In this document: positions 30,537 through 40,157 of the stretch, piece after piece
Layout of the letters: every line of letters begins with the position of its first letter
Position numbering within the stretch: position 1 is the first letter of the stretch
Assembly (NCBI GenBank): GCA_031426555.1
Contig: JANPLN010000002.1
Span: forward strand, 32,001 to 96,000
Direction: 5' to 3'
From: Bdellovibrionales bacterium
GTDB taxonomy: Bacteria > Bdellovibrionota > Bdellovibrionia > Bdellovibrionales > JAGQZY01
DNA: 64,000 bases
Translations under genes and position numbers: made by a program
Notes under the pieces: generated by a model
Told to the model about the DNA's origin: nothing
What the model saw: only the letters and a program-made list of their open reading frames with translations
Databases searched by the model: none

Positions 30537-31471
30537 AGGTAGCGGTTGTTGCAGGTGCGGCGGGGTTTATTGGCAGCCACCTTTGTGATTTTTTGATCAA
30601 CAAAGGTTACAAAGTGATTGGAATCGATAATCTTGTTACAGGTCGAAAAAAGAATCTTAAGCATTTAGAGAAAAATAAAAAATTTAAATTTTACAAAGCC
30701 GATATCAGCAAAAAACTGCCCGCAATTTCTAAGGTCAACGAGATCTACAACCTGGCCTCGCCGGCTTCGCCAGTGGATTTTTTTAAAATTCCTTTGGAAA
30801 TTTTAGAAACCGCCTCTGTTGGCCATGCCAATCTTTTAAAGCTTGCGAAGAAAACTAAAGCGCGAATTCTTTTTGCTAGCACCAGCGAAGTTTATGGAGA
30901 TCCCCAACAACATCCACAGGTTGAAAGTTACTGGGGTAACGTCAACTGCACGGGTATTCGCAGTTGTTACGACGAGGCGAAGCGCTACGGCGAGGCCGTG
31001 ACCATGGCTTATCATCGCGGCCAAAAAGTAAACACCGCCATTGCGCGAATTTTTAATACCTACGGAACGCGCATGCGCCCCGAAGACGGCCGCGTGATTC
31101 CCAATTTTTTTTCGCAAGCGATTTCTAAAAAGGGCCTCAGCATTTACGGAACTGGGAAGCAAACTCGCAGTCTTTGTTATGTGAGCGATCTGGTTGAAGG
31201 CATTTACGCACTCATGCAAAGCAAAACCCACGAGCCGGTGAATATTGGCAACCCCAACGAAATGTCGATTTTGGAAATCGCCGACGTGATCAACAAAATC
31301 ACTGGCAACATTAAAAGCCACGTTTACGAAAAACTGCCACCAGACGACCCTAAACAGCGCTGCCCTGATATATCAAAAGCGAAAGCGCTTTTGCAGTGGC
31401 AACCGAAAGTGGGTCTCACAGATGGGCTTACTAAGACCCTCGAGTACTTTCGTGCGGAGAAATTGGTTTAA
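30533..31471 (+). CDS. UDP-glucuronate decarboxylase (UDP-xylose synthase-like SDR)
   Basis: GAAGFIGSHL, ASPASP, STSEVYGDP, RSCYDEAKR, DDPKQRCPDI. Confidence 0.9.
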   Translation: MKVAVVAGAAGFIGSHLCDFLINKGYKVIGIDNLVTGRKKNLKHLEKNKKFKFYKADISKKLPAISKVNEIYNLASPASPVDFFKIPLEILETASVGHANLLKLAKKTKARILFASTSEVYGDPQQHPQVESYWGNVNCTGIRSCYDEAKRYGEAVTMAYHRGQKVNTAIARIFNTYGTRMRPEDGRVIPNFFSQAISKKGLSIYGTGKQTRSLCYVSDLVEGIYALMQSKTHEPVNIGNPNEMSILEIADVINKITGNIKSHVYEKLPPDDPKQRCPDISKAKALLQWQPKVGLTDGLTKTLEYFRAEKLV

Positions 31472-31473
31472 CG

Positions 31474-31633
31474 CTTTTTTTGAGACTTCTATTTTGTGAA
31501 TTTTCACGGGAGGTCTTTTTGGAACGCGGACTCGTGTCCTCGCTCGTTTCGCCTTTGGCGATCGCGTCACGCTAACGAGAGGTTCCAAAAAGACCTCCCG
31601 TGAAAATTCACAAAATAGAAGTCTCAAAAAAAG
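31474..31633. repeat. Long inverted repeat: 52-bp perfect arms, 56-nt structured spacer
   Basis: 31474-31525 is the exact reverse complement of 31582-31633; between convergent genes. Confidence 0.95.
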
Positions 31634-31699
31634 ATTAACAACTGCTGGCGTTCGAATATCTCTGACGCTTGTCTTCAATTGCGCGCTCGAAGTTTTTGC

Positions 31700-32617
31700 T
31701 TACAGCAAAATATTGCTGAGAGCGCGAAGTTTGGTGACAGCGGATTCGATTTTTTTTGGCAGGTTTTTGTCTACTGACAGATCTGAGGAAAGAATTAATG
31801 TGCCTCGGAAGATTTCAGGCGACCAGTTGCGTTTTTCGAATTGGGTTATTAGTTTTAATTCGTTCCAGCGGCTGAGGCTTAAGGCTTCAAGATGTTTTTC
31901 ACTGATGGCGTGGTCGGCGATGAGGGTTTGGCGGAGGGCTTCGGCTTCGATGTCGGTCCATGCGATGATCGATCGATCATAAGTGCGCACTTCAGACAAA
32001 CCCTTCAGGCTTTGGCTGCCGGCTATTGATTGAGCTTCTATTTGTTGCACCCAGGTTTTGTTTTCGGTCTTCATCTGCACTGGCAGCAAAGGCAGGGCCG
32101 TGCACTGAAGGCTTGGGGCTAGAATCGTGGGCAGTGATACGCAGCGCTTTCCGTGAAAGGCGATGGCACCTTCCGGCAACGACCAAATAAGAACTTCGGT
32201 GTCTTTCACTGTCGGCGGGATTTTTGTCAAAAGATGCAAGTGGTGGGAGATGGAAATTTGAAAAAGTTTTTCGTCGATTTGATATTTATTATGGTAAATC
32301 TCTGCCGTGATTGCGTCGTCGAGATCCAAAAGATGAACGATATTTTTCTTTTCGTCGTTACTGAGCTCGTTTGATATCTCTAAGTTTTTAATACCCTGTC
32401 GCGAAAGAAACAGAATGGCTTCGTCGGCGTGGGTGCCTAAGCCAACATTAGAGGCAAATTGGCGTTTGTGCGAGTAAAGATTTTGAAAGCCCATCACAGT
32501 TTCAAGCAGGGCTTGCTGGAGACTTTGGTAAAATCGCACTTGATAAGGAGTTTTTAACTGATCCTTGAGTTGGTCGTTAGATTCTTCCCATTGGTAGGGC
32601 TTGCGAAGGTCGATCAT
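31700..32617 (-). CDS. Hypothetical protein
   Basis: 305-aa ORF with ATGA overlap to the upstream gene. Confidence 0.75.
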   Translation of the reverse strand: MIDLRKPYQWEESNDQLKDQLKTPYQVRFYQSLQQALLETVMGFQNLYSHKRQFASNVGLGTHADEAILFLSRQGIKNLEISNELSNDEKKNIVHLLDLDDAITAEIYHNKYQIDEKLFQISISHHLHLLTKIPPTVKDTEVLIWSLPEGAIAFHGKRCVSLPTILAPSLQCTALPLLPVQMKTENKTWVQQIEAQSIAGSQSLKGLSEVRTYDRSIIAWTDIEAEALRQTLIADHAISEKHLEALSLSRWNELKLITQFEKRNWSPEIFRGTLILSSDLSVDKNLPKKIESAVTKLRALSNILL

Positions 32618-33204
32618 TCATTGATCATACCCTTGTATTCTTTGACTTCAACCTTGTTTTTAGCCGTACTTTTTAAATAGTAGGCTGTTGTAACCCCGCC
32701 ATAGTTTTCGATTTGCAAGGCATCGGGTTTTTGCACAAACGATGTCTTCTTACTAATTTCGATGCTCGCCGCAGGAAGCAAGCTGAGATACAAACTCAAA
32801 CCCTTTTCTCTTCCTGTTTCTTCAGTTTGGATGAAACTGGTTTGCGGGTCTTTGTAGGCTTGGGCACTCACAAGTACAGCGAGATACCCTTCGTTTTGTT
32901 TGATCAAAAAGACAATCTTCTGCTGCGTTTTATTATATCCCATCACCGCGAAGTCTTTTTTGCCGTCACCATTAAAATCTCCGCCGACCGCCATTGGAAG
33001 TTCGTCCTTGGCGTCGCGAAAAAGGCCGATCACCGTGGGTGGAAAACTTTTAAGAGTAAAAACTTTAAATTCCTTATCCCACTGAGATAAAGTTTTTTGC
33101 AAATCTTCGTTGATTTGAACTTCGCCTTTTTGTGGCTTGTTAAAAACAATCTCTGCAAGTGCAGGGTTCGAAACGGCAAGAAAAAATAAAATGATACTTT
33201 TCAT
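32614..33204 (-). CDS. Exported hypothetical protein with one FG-GAP-like GDFNGDGKKD motif
   Basis: Signal peptide ending ALA; AGGA RBS. Confidence 0.78.
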   Translation of the reverse strand: MKSIILFFLAVSNPALAEIVFNKPQKGEVQINEDLQKTLSQWDKEFKVFTLKSFPPTVIGLFRDAKDELPMAVGGDFNGDGKKDFAVMGYNKTQQKIVFLIKQNEGYLAVLVSAQAYKDPQTSFIQTEETGREKGLSLYLSLLPAASIEISKKTSFVQKPDALQIENYGGVTTAYYLKSTAKNKVEVKEYKGMINE

Positions 33205-33219
33205 AGGGAGTCCTTCGTT

Positions 33220-33819
33220 CTATCTTTCAAAAGTTCGACCTTGCGAACCAGTTGTATTCAAGTTTTCTGTTTGTCGAAAGCCAGCAGAGGCATAAAAAAT
33301 ATGGTAGGCCCCGCGTCCACGACCGTTTCCGGCGTTATACTTATCGCGGTCATCACCCACACGTTTCATGAAGCGCGCCCAGCGAGGACTCACATAATTT
33401 GCATGGTAGTGATCGGCAAAGTAGCCACGGAAACTTAGAGATTCGGCGGCTGCACGAAAACAACCATGACCTGCCGGAACAGAATGACGACTTCCTTTGC
33501 CACCATTGACTCCATCCCACCACGAAAATTGTTTGTGCTGCTTGATCACTCCACAAACAGTGGAAGCAAATCTTCGTGGACCACGAAGTGCGTTTTCATT
33601 TACATACATGCGTGTTTTTACAACCTTGCCAACCATGACTTGTCCCTCATAGCTTTGCGCCCCTGCTTCGTTGTAGCAGTTGCACGCCATACAGGCCATG
33701 TCGGTTTGAGGATTGCGACAGCTCAATCGCTCGCGCCCTGTGGCGGCGCCTGTGAATGCGGCTTGCGCTTCGTAGGCATGGGCCACCAGAAGTAATAGGA
33801 AAAGTACGCTTGATTTCAT
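33220..33819 (-). CDS. Cell wall hydrolase, SleB/CwlJ (Hydrolase_2) family, exported
   Basis: CMACNCYNEAG catalytic Glu, VCGVIKQ..QFSW, HYHANYVSPRWA, HIFY. Confidence 0.88.
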   Translation of the reverse strand: MKSSVLFLLLLVAHAYEAQAAFTGAATGRERLSCRNPQTDMACMACNCYNEAGAQSYEGQVMVGKVVKTRMYVNENALRGPRRFASTVCGVIKQHKQFSWWDGVNGGKGSRHSVPAGHGCFRAAAESLSFRGYFADHYHANYVSPRWARFMKRVGDDRDKYNAGNGRGRGAYHIFYASAGFRQTENLNTTGSQGRTFER

Positions 33820-33841
33820 GAATCCCCCTACGATCAATCAC

Positions 33842-33858
33842 TGCAATCGCATGGCCAA
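33842..33858 (-). promoter_or_regulatory. Sigma54 (-24/-12) promoter of the cell wall hydrolase operon
   Basis: Minus strand TTGGCCATGCGATTGCA, GG-N10-GC. Confidence 0.7.
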
Positions 33859-33911
33859 ATGGGGGCCGCTTTACGGCTTTTGGACAAAATTAGGAATACG
33901 TCTGTTGAAAC

Positions 33912-33964
33912 TTTTTACAGTTTGTAAAAACGAGGATCGCTTGGATCTGTTTCATTATGAGACA
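33912..33964. promoter_or_regulatory. Two palindromic sites upstream of the sigma54 promoter (candidate UAS)
   Basis: TTTTTACA-gtt-TGTAAAAA (33912-33930) and TGTTTCA-tta-TGAGACA (33948-33964). Confidence 0.5.
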
Positions 33965-33998
33965 GAATAAAACAGACTTTCAGAGGGACAAACTATTT

Positions 33999-34532
33999 TT
34001 AGATAATTTTATGACGGTCTTTATCTTCAACCACCGACACCACGCCTTTTCCCGAATTGAGATTATTGCGGTAAGCCAGCTGCTTGATATCGTACACAAA
34101 ATTTTCGCCGTTCCAGCCTGGGGTTTGCCATTCGGGGCCCATGCGAATCGCGTCCACGGGGCACGCCTCTTCGCAAAAACCACAAAACACGCAGCGAAGC
34201 ATATCAATCTCGTACGAAATTGGGTATTTTTCGACAGTTGGATCGTTGTCCTCAGACGCATGAATTGTAATGCAATCCGCGGGGCAGGCTGTTGCACACA
34301 ACATGCAAGCGGTGCAGCGAATTTTTCCATCTTTCTTCACTGTTAAAACGTGATTGCCCTTAAAGCGTGGAGAGTACTGATATTTTTCTTCGGGATAATT
34401 CAGTGTGGGCATTTGCTTTTTGTTGGCGAGGTTTTGAATCATCTTTTTAAATGTAAAACCCAAACCTATAAAAATTCCCGGTAAGTACCACGACTTTTCC
34501 TGCTGAGGGACTCGAACTTTATAAACGCTCAC
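33999..34532 (-). CDS. nuoI: NADH-quinone oxidoreductase subunit I
   Basis: YPEEK, CTACMLCATACP, CVFCGFCEEACP. Confidence 0.95.
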   Translation of the reverse strand: MSVYKVRVPQQEKSWYLPGIFIGLGFTFKKMIQNLANKKQMPTLNYPEEKYQYSPRFKGNHVLTVKKDGKIRCTACMLCATACPADCITIHASEDNDPTVEKYPISYEIDMLRCVFCGFCEEACPVDAIRMGPEWQTPGWNGENFVYDIKQLAYRNNLNSGKGVVSVVEDKDRHKII

Positions 34533-36115
34533 ATCTCACCTCGTTGATGAATAAATTGATTCTCCACCCGCTCGATGGGGTTAGCATAAAACTTTTGTAC
34601 GGCCGCTAAGGTCTGACCACTTAACACAGCAACAAATTCTTCGCCGGAGACGGCACTTTCAACCACAGTGGTCACCGGGCTAAATTTTTGCTCCACACCG
34701 TTGTAATTAAGAAATGTTCCTGCTTTTTCCATGTACGACTTTAAAGGGATTTGCATGGTTTCGGCTGACAAGTTTGCAAAGGGCGCCAGCTGCGAGGTGG
34801 TCAATACAACCACGGATTTGCAATTTTTGAGAAGCGCTGCTTTCTCTGCAATGTCGGTGTAGGCTGCAATGTTTTCGGGAGCGATGACCAGCACCAACTT
34901 GTATTTGCTCAGCTCCTGAGTCCACGGTTGCCCTTTAATACTGTACTGATCGAACGCCTTTAATAGACCTCGCGTGTTGGGATTTCGATCGCCGCGCAGT
35001 AAGAGACCATCGAACTCGCCCCACATTTGTGGATTGTTTTGCCAATGGTAAACATCGTCTGCCGAAAATGCTTTTGTAAAGTATCCCAAGAGAGCATTGT
35101 ATTCTTCGACGGTCTGTTGTCCTGTCACGACCAAAGCCACGTCCCCTTTTTTGCAAGAGGCGAACTGTGCGCGCACTCGCTCGAGGGCAAAACTTGTTTG
35201 CATATACTCGGACTGGCCATTCAAACGATGCACCGCTTGCACCAAGCGGCTGATGGATTTTTTAACTTGTTTTTCGCCGCGGTCGCCTTCGACATCGGTG
35301 TGAACACGGTTCACATTTTTGTAGATGTTGCGACCCACATCGCACATCCAATAGCCATTGACGGCGTCGTTGTGACGAGGCTTCAAGCGCCAGACGCCTT
35401 CTTTATTAAAATAGACGTCCACGTTACAACCCGTGGAGCAGCCGTTACACACAGAAGGCTTATCTTTTAAGAACCACACGCGCTGTTTAAAACGGAAATC
35501 TTTAGAGGTCAGGGCACCAACTGGGCAAATGTCTACGGTGTTCACTGAGTAATTGTTATTTAGCGGTTTATCCTTAAAGGTACCGATTTCGCTGCGGTCG
35601 CCGCGATTAAAAATTCCAAGCTCGTTGGTTTTGGTGATTTCTTCGGTAAAGCGTACGCAACGAGAGCATAGAATGCAGCGCTCGGTGTCCAACATCACGC
35701 GCTCGCCAAGATCCACTGCTTTGCGTTTGTTGACCTTTTTTTCGGCCATTTCGGGATCGTACATTCCAAATTTCATGTATTGATCTTGCAAGCCGCACTC
35801 ACCGGCTTGATCGCAAATTGGACAATCCAAAGGATGGTTGATCAAATGGAAATCAAGACCCCACTTCACGGCGTCTTTTACCATGGGGCTGTTGTTGGAA
35901 ACCACCATGCCTTCGGTGACGGTGGTATTACAAGCGATTTGCAAACGTGGGTTTCCTGCGATTTCCACCATGCACAGTCGGCAAACACCGGCGATGCTCA
36001 AAGCGGGATGCCAACAGTAGTGGGCAATTTCCTCATTGAGCTGTTTAAAAGCCTGAATGATGGTGGTGCCGTCTTTAACTTCGACGACTTTTCCGTTAAT
36101 GGTGCATTTGGGCAT
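34529..36115 (-). CDS. nuoG: NADH-quinone oxidoreductase subunit G (short form)
   Basis: CRLCMVE, NHPLDCPICDQAGEC, RCILCSRCVRF, CNGCSTGC; start set at MPKCTING. Confidence 0.92.
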   Translation of the reverse strand: MPKCTINGKVVEVKDGTTIIQAFKQLNEEIAHYCWHPALSIAGVCRLCMVEIAGNPRLQIACNTTVTEGMVVSNNSPMVKDAVKWGLDFHLINHPLDCPICDQAGECGLQDQYMKFGMYDPEMAEKKVNKRKAVDLGERVMLDTERCILCSRCVRFTEEITKTNELGIFNRGDRSEIGTFKDKPLNNNYSVNTVDICPVGALTSKDFRFKQRVWFLKDKPSVCNGCSTGCNVDVYFNKEGVWRLKPRHNDAVNGYWMCDVGRNIYKNVNRVHTDVEGDRGEKQVKKSISRLVQAVHRLNGQSEYMQTSFALERVRAQFASCKKGDVALVVTGQQTVEEYNALLGYFTKAFSADDVYHWQNNPQMWGEFDGLLLRGDRNPNTRGLLKAFDQYSIKGQPWTQELSKYKLVLVIAPENIAAYTDIAEKAALLKNCKSVVVLTTSQLAPFANLSAETMQIPLKSYMEKAGTFLNYNGVEQKFSPVTTVVESAVSGEEFVAVLSGQTLAAVQKFYANPIERVENQFIHQRGEM

Positions 36116-37388
36116 AGCTGATTCCTCTAACTTGGGATTTTCCTTCACGGATATAATATTCGAATTCACTTCTAAATTTTGGCACAAAGCTCAATACCGG
36201 AAGAGCCGCTGCATCGGAAAGAGCACAAATAGTGCGACCTTTCATATTGTCGGCCACTTTGCAAAGTGTATCGATATCTTTTTGAGTACCATTACCGGCT
36301 TTGATGGCGCTGACCACTTTGTTTAGCCAGCCCGTGCCTTCGCGGCATGGAGTGCACTGACCACAGGACTCGTGGTGGTAAAAGTGCGTGATCACACCGA
36401 GCATGTCCACCATGCAGCGCGAGTCATCAATAACAACGATGGAACCCGAACCCAGCATAGACTTCATATCGGCCAAGCATTCGTAATCCAGAGTGGCCCG
36501 ATTGGCTTCTTCCGCTGTGAGAACAGGAGCTGAGGTTCCACCGGGGATCACCGCTTTAAGCTGTCGGCCTGGCTTTAAGCCGCCGCATTCTTTTTCGATA
36601 AGATCTTTCAGCTTATAACCGAGGGGAACTTCGTAGTTCCCTGGCTTCATCACATCACCGCTCACTGAAAACAATTTTGTGCCCGGGGATTTTTGCGTTC
36701 CAAATTTGCGGTAGGCCTCCACACCATCGCGCAAAATGTAAATCACCGACGCCAGCGTTTCCACGTTGTTCACAATCGTTGGCTTACGAAGATAGCCCTT
36801 AACGGCCGGAAACGGTGGCTTTAATTTTGGTTGCCCTTTAAGCCCTTCGAGAGAGGAGATCATTCCGGTCTCTTCGCCGCAAATGTAGGCGCCTGCACCA
36901 ACGTAGATATCCATGTCGTGGGAAAAACCACTACCTAAGATATTCTGTCCTAAGTAGCCAGCCTTGTAAGCTTCTTGAATCGCTTGCTCGAGAACTTTGA
37001 CCGCGTATTGATATTCACCGCGGATGTAGATGTAGGATTTTTTCGATTGCACGGCAAATGCCGAAATGATCATGCCTTCGATCAGCTGATGGGGAGCGCG
37101 CTCCATCATCATACGATCTTTAAAGGTGCATGGTTCGCCTTCGTCGGCATTGCAAAGCAAATATCTTTCTTCGCCGTTATTTGGCAGAAAGCTCCACTTC
37201 ATGCCCGTGGGAAAGCCCGCGCCACCGCGACCGCGAAGGCCGGAGTCTTTCACCATAGTCACGATTTCGGCCGGTGGCATTTTGAGCGCTTTTTTAAGCA
37301 TCTCATAGCCTTTTTTAGCTTGATAGCCTTCGATTCCGCGATAGCTATCGTCTGCGTAATATTCGGTAAGCATTTTTACTTCAGCCAT
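36096..37388 (-). CDS. nuoF: NADH-quinone oxidoreductase subunit F
   Basis: GRGGAGF, GAGAYICGEET, ESCGQCTPCREG. Confidence 0.97.
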   Translation of the reverse strand: MAEVKMLTEYYADDSYRGIEGYQAKKGYEMLKKALKMPPAEIVTMVKDSGLRGRGGAGFPTGMKWSFLPNNGEERYLLCNADEGEPCTFKDRMMMERAPHQLIEGMIISAFAVQSKKSYIYIRGEYQYAVKVLEQAIQEAYKAGYLGQNILGSGFSHDMDIYVGAGAYICGEETGMISSLEGLKGQPKLKPPFPAVKGYLRKPTIVNNVETLASVIYILRDGVEAYRKFGTQKSPGTKLFSVSGDVMKPGNYEVPLGYKLKDLIEKECGGLKPGRQLKAVIPGGTSAPVLTAEEANRATLDYECLADMKSMLGSGSIVVIDDSRCMVDMLGVITHFYHHESCGQCTPCREGTGWLNKVVSAIKAGNGTQKDIDTLCKVADNMKGRTICALSDAAALPVLSFVPKFRSEFEYYIREGKSQVRGISYAQMHH

Positions 37389-37864
37389 TATTTAAGCCCC
37401 CGCAAAATTTGTTTTGCAGAATCCATTGTTAAATCCTCGTAATAGTCGTCGTTAATTTGCATCATGGGCGCTTTGTCGCAGGCCCCAAGACACTCGACTC
37501 GTGTAAAGGTAAAGCGTTTGTCACTGGTCACATCACCTTCGGCGACGTTGTGCTCTTTGCAAAACTCTTCGATGATTTCGCGCGTGCCAGCCATGCAACA
37601 AGCCACATTGCAACACACTTGCACATGGTATTTGCCCACAGGCACTTGGTTGAACATGGTGTAAAACTGAAAAACTTCGTTGATGCGAGCTTCGGGAATG
37701 TCCATCAGTTGACTCAAATAACCCACGCTCTCAGGGCTCACCCAGCCCGCGTTTTCCTTTTGCACTCGGAATAAACACGGTATGATGGCCGACTCTTTTG
37801 TTTCGTAACGCTTGAGTTCTTTTTTTACAAACTCTTGCCCCTCAGAAGATAATTGAAAATTCAT
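37388..37864 (-). CDS. nuoE: NADH-quinone oxidoreductase subunit E
   Basis: FYTMF, CxxxxC, ECLGACDKAP. Confidence 0.95.
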   Translation of the reverse strand: MNFQLSSEGQEFVKKELKRYETKESAIIPCLFRVQKENAGWVSPESVGYLSQLMDIPEARINEVFQFYTMFNQVPVGKYHVQVCCNVACCMAGTREIIEEFCKEHNVAEGDVTSDKRFTFTRVECLGACDKAPMMQINDDYYEDLTMDSAKQILRGLK

Positions 37865-37870
37865 AATGCC

Positions 37871-39556
37871 CTACCTATCCAATTCGCCAGCAATTAGGTT
37901 CATACTTCCTAAAATCGAAATCACATCTGCCACAAGACCACCAGTGATGGACTCAGGAAACGATTGATAAATTGCAAAACACGGAGGACGAACTTTGAGG
38001 CGATACGGAGCCCCAGAGCCATCGCTCACCAAGTGAAAGCCAAGTTCGCCGTTGGCCGCTTCGGTGGCATCGTACACTTCGCCCGCCGGCGGTCGAAGAC
38101 CATTGATCACCAACATAAAGTGATTCATGAGACCTTCGATGTTTCCGTAAACGTCTTTCTTTTCCGGGAGCACAATGGCTTTGTCGCGAATGGTGTAATC
38201 GCCCGACGGCATGTTTTTGCAAACCTGTTCAACGATGCGGCAAGATTGTTTCATCTCTTCGATGCGCACCAGGTAACGCTCGTAAACATCGCCAGTGGAT
38301 CCCACTGGAATATCAAAATCCAATTGATCGTAGCCGTAGTAAGGCTGCGCTTTGCGAAGATCAAGACCTACGCCCGTGGCTCTTAAACACGGCCCTGTGT
38401 AGCCCCACTCTAAAGCCTGTTCGGCAGAAATGGCGCCCACGCCTTGTGTTCGCTGAATCCAAATTTTATTTTCGGTGAGCAAAAGTTCGATATCGCTCAC
38501 GCCTTTGCGAAGTTCTTTGACGACTTGTAAAACTTCGTCAAACCAACCTTCGGGGGCGTCTTGTGCCATCCCACCCACACGAGTCATGGAAACCGTAAGG
38601 CGTGCGCCGCAAAGTTTTTCGAAAAGATTGTAAACTTTTTCGCGCAAGGTGAATAGATGGAAGAATCCCGTCAACGCTCCCAAATCCACGGCGTTGGCAC
38701 CAATGCACACGACGTGATCGATAAAACGCGAAAGCTCGCACAGCACCACACGCATGGCTTGCGCGCGCGCCGGAATTTCCACACCCAGCATGCGCTCCAC
38801 TGTTTTGCAGTAGCCAACGTTGTTCATCGGCGCTGAACAGTAGTTCAGGCGGTCGGTGTACGGAATGACTTGGTTGTACGGATGGGTTTCGGCCATTTTT
38901 TCGAAACAGCGATGCAAAAAACCAATTTCAACGCCCGCGCGGTGAATGGTTTCGCCGTCCAGCTCCACCATCACGCGAAGTGTTCCGTGGGTGGCTGGAT
39001 GTGAGGGGCCGATGTTGAGTGGAACAAGGTTGTCGGATTTCTTTTTTGGCTCTGTTCCATTATCAAAATGGATTGGCAGCGCCGTATGGCATGCTTGCTG
39101 GTGATCGGCGTTATAATCTTTGCGCAGTGGATGCCCCACAAACTCGTGGTGAGTGAGAATGCGACGGAGATTGGGGTGACCTTCAAACTTCACCCCAAAC
39201 ATATCGTAAATTTCGCGCTCAAACCAATCGGCACCTTTCCAGACAGTGATGACGGACGGAATGGTTTCGTATTCGCCCACTTGCGCTTTCACTCGCAAGC
39301 GAGAAAAATCGTGGGTGTTGAATAATTCGTAATTTACTTCGAAGCGTTTGGCGCGCTCGGGATAATCCACTCCGGTGATGTTCATTAAAAAATTAAAAAA
39401 GCTTTTCTCTTTTAAAAAACGCAAAACCTCGCGCACAGAATCTTTCGGGACCTTTAAGATTAAGGCGCCAAAGGATTCCGAGAATTCAAAGTCCCCGGCG
39501 TTCGTGAAGCGCGTTTGCAGCGCAAGTTTATAAACTTCAAGATTGATATTTTTCAT
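37871..39556 (-). CDS. nuoCD: NADH-quinone oxidoreductase fused subunit C/D
   Basis: EREIYDMFG and GHPLRKDY (NuoC); [12 protein letters not shown] and GELDR (NuoD). Confidence 0.95.
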   Translation of the reverse strand: MKNINLEVYKLALQTRFTNAGDFEFSESFGALILKVPKDSVREVLRFLKEKSFFNFLMNITGVDYPERAKRFEVNYELFNTHDFSRLRVKAQVGEYETIPSVITVWKGADWFEREIYDMFGVKFEGHPNLRRILTHHEFVGHPLRKDYNADHQQACHTALPIHFDNGTEPKKKSDNLVPLNIGPSHPATHGTLRVMVELDGETIHRAGVEIGFLHRCFEKMAETHPYNQVIPYTDRLNYCSAPMNNVGYCKTVERMLGVEIPARAQAMRVVLCELSRFIDHVVCIGANAVDLGALTGFFHLFTLREKVYNLFEKLCGARLTVSMTRVGGMAQDAPEGWFDEVLQVVKELRKGVSDIELLLTENKIWIQRTQGVGAISAEQALEWGYTGPCLRATGVGLDLRKAQPYYGYDQLDFDIPVGSTGDVYERYLVRIEEMKQSCRIVEQVCKNMPSGDYTIRDKAIVLPEKKDVYGNIEGLMNHFMLVINGLRPPAGEVYDATEAANGELGFHLVSDGSGAPYRLKVRPPCFAIYQSFPESITGGLVADVISILGSMNLIAGELDR

Positions 39557-40073
39557 ATGGATTCACCCAGTTGTCTTTCCACGGTCGTGGATTGTGTTCA
39601 GCGATCATTTTTTGTAGCGACATCACTCCGTCGAGCACAGCCTCAGGAGTCGGTGGGCAGCCCGGAACATACACATCAACCGGAATCACTTTATCGATCC
39701 CTTGCATCACGTGATAGGCCCGATAGAAACCACCAGAGCTCGCGCACGCGCCCATGGAGATCACATATTTGGGCTCAAGCATTTGTTCGTAAATGTGAAC
39801 AAGGATGGGACCCATTTTTTCGGTGATTGTTCCTGCAACCAAAAGCAAATCGGCCTGACGTGGAGAAAATCGCACCACCTCTGCACCAAAGCGGGCGAGG
39901 TCGTACTTTGGCCCCATCACCGACATCAATTCGATTCCGCAGCAGGCTGTGCCATACGGTAGTGGCCAGAGAGAGTTTTTTCGTCCCCAGGCGATGATGT
40001 CATCAAGGCGAGTTGTAAGAGCAAACGATTTTGAGATTTCGTCGATGTCGTTGTGTTGAGCGAGAGAGCTCAT
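39537..40073 (-). CDS. nuoB: NADH-quinone oxidoreductase subunit B
   Basis: ACCGIE, SPRQAD, MGACA, VPGCPP. Confidence 0.96.
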   Translation of the reverse strand: MSSLAQHNDIDEISKSFALTTRLDDIIAWGRKNSLWPLPYGTACCGIELMSVMGPKYDLARFGAEVVRFSPRQADLLLVAGTITEKMGPILVHIYEQMLEPKYVISMGACASSGGFYRAYHVMQGIDKVIPVDVYVPGCPPTPEAVLDGVMSLQKMIAEHNPRPWKDNWVNPYEKYQS

Positions 40074-40157
40074 AGAACTCCTTTATCGTTTAAACCAGCG
40101 TGAACTTTTTTTAACACCTTAAATTACTCCCTAAACAGCGGCAATTTCAAGACATTT

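Noticed and set aside
31373..31678. 101-aa ORF across the inverted repeat (also 47384..47575)
   Set aside because: These ORFs run through palindromic non-coding elements and overlap real genes; there is no sign of coding function.
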